Assembly (NCBI GenBank): GCA_051294375.1
Contig: CM119263.1
Span: 30,988,053 to 31,052,052 of the forward strand
Direction: 5' to 3'
Origin: Paraspadella gotoi
Lineage: Eukaryota > Animalia > Chaetognatha
Length of the DNA: 64,000 bases
Below are positions 60,201 through 64,000 of the stretch, piece after piece. A program made the translations under genes and the position numbers. The notes under the pieces are model-generated. The model had not been told where the DNA came from. It ran no database searches and worked only from the letters and a program-made list of their open reading frames with translations. Within the stretch, counting starts at the first letter, position 1. Each line of letters begins with the position of its first letter.

Positions 60201-63200
60201 GCAGAGCCTCTTTCTCTCTGCGTTGTTGGGGGCGTTGAGGTGTGGAGAGAGAGAAATAGCGAAAGAAAGAGAGAATAAGAAAAAAGAAAAGAATTTCATT
60301 TAATGTACTTCTTTCTTAGACAACAGCACATGTGCCACATGCACCGACACTGGGCCACGATGTCCATCTCAGCTCTGCCATATGTGGGCGGGGCCCTGCG
60401 GTCTCTGGCCACCAGCATCGTCAACCAAATCTGCCGCAACTTAGAATTGCTCGCCGTCGAGTACGCAAAGAGAGGACGCGATTCTGGGCTTCAAGACGAC
60501 GCCCTTTCCACTTCTTCCATCGGCTCCTCGATGAATACATCCGGCTACGGATCCTCCGGTTCAACTCCGGCGACATCCCTCGCCGCCGCCGCTAAAATCC
60601 CGCGGAACGTCCCGCCGGATCACGTCATCACTTTGCTCGAAGGTTGACGAACGTTAAATGTTTTTGACCGATGTTATTAGAACAAAAAAAACTAACATCC
60701 CACATTAGTCATTTACTCATCATCATTTTTTTTATTTTATAGGCATGACGACGATTTGCCACTACGCCTTATTGGATACCCCTTCGCCATTAGCCTCGGT
60801 CTATCCTTCGCCGGGTAACATTCTTTTGATTTATACAAACGTATAATAATAAACGACTCTATCTCTCGATCTTCCTTTAATCAGGCTCCGGTGGTCCTAA
60901 TTACGACGGAGCATCGGCGGCGCAGATTCTCTCGAATCTCGTCAACGCATTTTCCTCCGTGGATCCGACGAAGGAAGGAAGCAAAAGCGAGGAGTACGTC
61001 AGGACTTACTCTAGCCCCATCTTGGAGGCGAGGAAGGGCCTCCTCTCCATCATGCCTAGGATCATTTCCGGTGCCGTCATTTTTATTAGCTCCTTGCGTG
61101 GAAAATCAACGATTCCCCCCCCCCGATTCCGTTTAAGGTTTGGCCCTTTTGTGGAATTCCGTGTCGGAAAATCCTTACGCGACGACGGGATCGAAACTCA
61201 TCGAAAAGACGACCTCTCGTGAGTCTTGAATGAATTTAACGGATTTGATTGATCGATTGGGTCATGATTGATTGATTGACGTCCCGCCACTCCCCCTAAG
61301 TGCCTCCTCCGTCTCACCCCCCGCCGACCCCGAGCGTCGACGAAACTAAATCTGCGGCGTGGACTTGGGGCGACCCTAAACTCGTTCGTCAGTTCATCCT
61401 CGAGTTTCTCTCTCCCATCTGCCTGCAGCACGGCGTCAATATGCTGGGTAACAGCGCCTGTTAACAAGATCAATTAATGATTTATTAATCTCCTGTTATA
61501 TAATCTTCTCTTGTGTTATTAAAATTTAATTGAAATTAAATTGTTTAATATTTCTAAGGGGCCGTCGCTGTCGTATGGAACGAGAGGCAGAGACGAGCGA
61601 TTCCTTCAACTGACGTCAACGGTGAATGGATTGGCACGATGATTATATTTCGCAATGAAGTTTCATTTCGATTTCAAAACTATATGAGATGGCGATAAAA
61701 GAAATAACATATAAGAATATCGGTGAAGGTCCCTCCACACTTTTTTCATACTACTTTTATTTCTCATTCCAGTCTCATCCAAAGTTGTGCCGGCCTTTGG
61801 TGCGGATCAGCATTTGCTCGTCGACATCGTCGCCGCCATCAAAGTCCTGCCCACCGATTCCCTTATCCAGACGGTGAAGCAGGTTAGCATCGTAACGCTG
61901 CTGCTGCTGCTTCCGTTGCTGCATCTCTTGCTGCTGTAGTTTCACAGTTTCTCCTTCCTGCTCAGGTGATTAAAACTCCGCCGCCCACCAACCAAGACGC
62001 GGGCAGCAAGAAAAAGTGTCCCCTCGAAGTCAGCGTCCTCCAGTTCTTTTACACTTACCTGCAGCGTCTCTCTGCGTCGGCGATGCTCGACTCGTGGCCT
62101 CAACTCCTGACGCTGCTTAAGGACGGACTCTCCATTCTCGATCTCGTTCCTCAGGTAGACTTCATTTAGTTTCCATTATAAGCGATTACTTATCTTTCAT
62201 ATTCGTCTATATCTCAGGGAAAGTTCCTTCTTCTCACGATCCTGGACGACTTCGTGAAACGAGCTCCGCCGTTGGAGGAGAGAAGCGACGTGAGGAATTT
62301 GCAGGACATCACGACGAGGATCCTCACCGACATCAGCCAAGTCGCTGGTCCGGATCTCTATTTACTTGTTAAATTTACATATTAAGTTATTTATAATTTT
62401 TATTTATTAATTTATAATTCTCAGGTTCCTCGTTGGAGCAAAAGAGTTGGTTGTCTCGCTCCTACGTTGTCAAAGCCGGAAACCAGGGCGTGGCTCTGGG
62501 CGGCGCCGACGACGCTGGAGCCGGCGAAGACGACGAGGGTGATGAAGTCGTCAACGTCAACGAGGGTAAGTACCGCGGCGAATGGAATGATGACGATAAT
62601 GATGATGACGGTTGAATGGATGGACTCGAAAATCGACTAAACCTTTTTTTTTTTTCTTTTTTTCCAATTTTCTCAATGCATGATCTTTTTTTTGCAAGGC
62701 GCACGTTGGAAAAAAGGTTTTAGCCCTTTATTTAATGGAAAGAGGAAAAAAGCTAACACCGTTCGACCTTGGGAGGATTGCTTTTAGTTTTAATTTTTAT
62801 TGTTTTTGATTAAGTTGCAAACCTTTTCCTGGTATATATCTCCTGTCTTAGTGCGTTTTTTTTTTTTAGTTATTTCCTCGTAGCTTGCGAAGCTTATTTT
62901 GTAAACGGAATGTTGCTTTATTCTGCTTATTTCTCCCCGCTTCCCTCTTTCCCCCCGCTTCCCTCCGTAATCCCCCCCCCCGCAATTCAGCCTCGACCCT
63001 CGTTGAGGGAGAAACGTCACCGCTCTTGTCCCACCCAGGCGACGACGACGACGCCGACGAAGACGACGAGTACGACGACGACGACGTAAGCTCCGTGGGT
63101 TCGGCCGAGTTGGGCGTGGAGGCGGGGATGGAGTCTGGTCCGTCGCCGCCGACACCATCGGTGATGACGATGCCGGCGGAAGAGAAGAAGCCGAAGAAGA

Positions 63201-64000
63201 GACGATTCAAGAGGAAGATGAAGAGAAAGTCAAAGGTTGGCGAGACAGCCTCAGATTTCCTTTCCCGATCCACTTTTTACTCTCGAGTTTATAATCTTCA
63301 TTTTTTCTTAGACATCTGCTCTCGAAAAAATGGCGACGACGAGCGTGGCTCTCGGAATGGTCACGGTCGCTTCCAACGGGACATCCGGTCCAAGTGGCGC
63401 TGACGCTCGACCCACCGACGTCGCTCAGAACGCGTTACATCCAGGCATCAATCCCGGCTCCACCAACGCCGCCTCGCCGACGCCGCCGCCGAAACCGCCA
63501 ACCGCCGACGCTCAATACAGCGTCCCGGCGCTGCATCTCTTGGCGGAACTATTAGCACCGCTGCTCGACATTGTGTTTGGCAATGACGAAAAAGACAAGG
63601 TACGAAGAAAGGATGGGATAATGAGAATGACAGAGAGTTAGAATTTTATTATTATTTATTTATTATTATGTTACCTTGTTTTAGCGGTTATTATAGAAGA
63701 CTTTCCCTCCTTAGGTCGTTAATCTTCTTTACGGCATCATGTACAACGTTTTTCCTTACCTTAAAAATCACACGCAAAACAATGTGCCTTCGTTCAGAGC
63801 TTGCTCACAGGTAATGATGCAATTGAGTTGTGCAAAATTTGATGCGATTCATTTCCGAGAAATGCATTTTCGCAACCCCCAGTTGCTGGCAAGCCTGAGC
63901 TCCTACGCTTACCTGCGTCGCGCCTGGAAGAAGGAAGCGTTCGAACTTCTTATGGATCCTCAGTTCTTCCAAATGGATCTCGTCTGCGTCGGATTTTGGC
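51481..64000 (+). CDS. DOP1: DOPEY family protein (Dop1/PAD-1), endosome-Golgi trafficking; 3'-partial, continues beyond the window
   Basis: Dozens of short GT-AG introns. First exons 51481-51645, 51741-51851, 51921-51987, 52088-52339. Dopey_N: [82 protein letters not shown]. Middle: [25 protein letters not shown]. Window end: [23 protein letters not shown]. Confidence 0.96.

Overview
Eukaryotic (animal) genomic DNA with spliceosomal introns. TTAGGG-type repeats argue against a typical insect; no species assignment is possible. The window has two parts. Bases 1-30,500 are gene-poor and dominated by (GA)n microsatellites, strand-asymmetric minisatellites, HINE/DINE-1-like elements and tRNA-derived SINE-like elements. 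This part probably holds one long, low-complexity, Pro/Ser-rich plus-strand gene of unknown identity. Bases 30,800-64,000 are gene-dense with short introns. Minus strand: COQ2, RBM42, FAM126/hyccin, TEX261. Plus strand: OXA1L, a divergent MATH-BTB gene, and DOPEY (runs off the right end). Gene calls come from hand-splicing and recalled protein motifs, not database searches. Best leads: (1) operon-like spacing with apparently unpaired splice acceptors (COQ2-RBM42 gap is 195 nt), suggesting polycistronic transcription with SL trans-splicing; (2) two LTR-like elements ending in a 36-40 nt copy of the CCA-bearing tRNA-Leu 3' end; (3) a 24-nt candidate microexon splitting a conserved hyccin motif; (4) an indel-free 50-bp satellite packed with YY1/Pho motifs; (5) an orphan Pro-rich gene with a WH2-like C-terminus. 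No CRISPR array or prokaryotic system is present.
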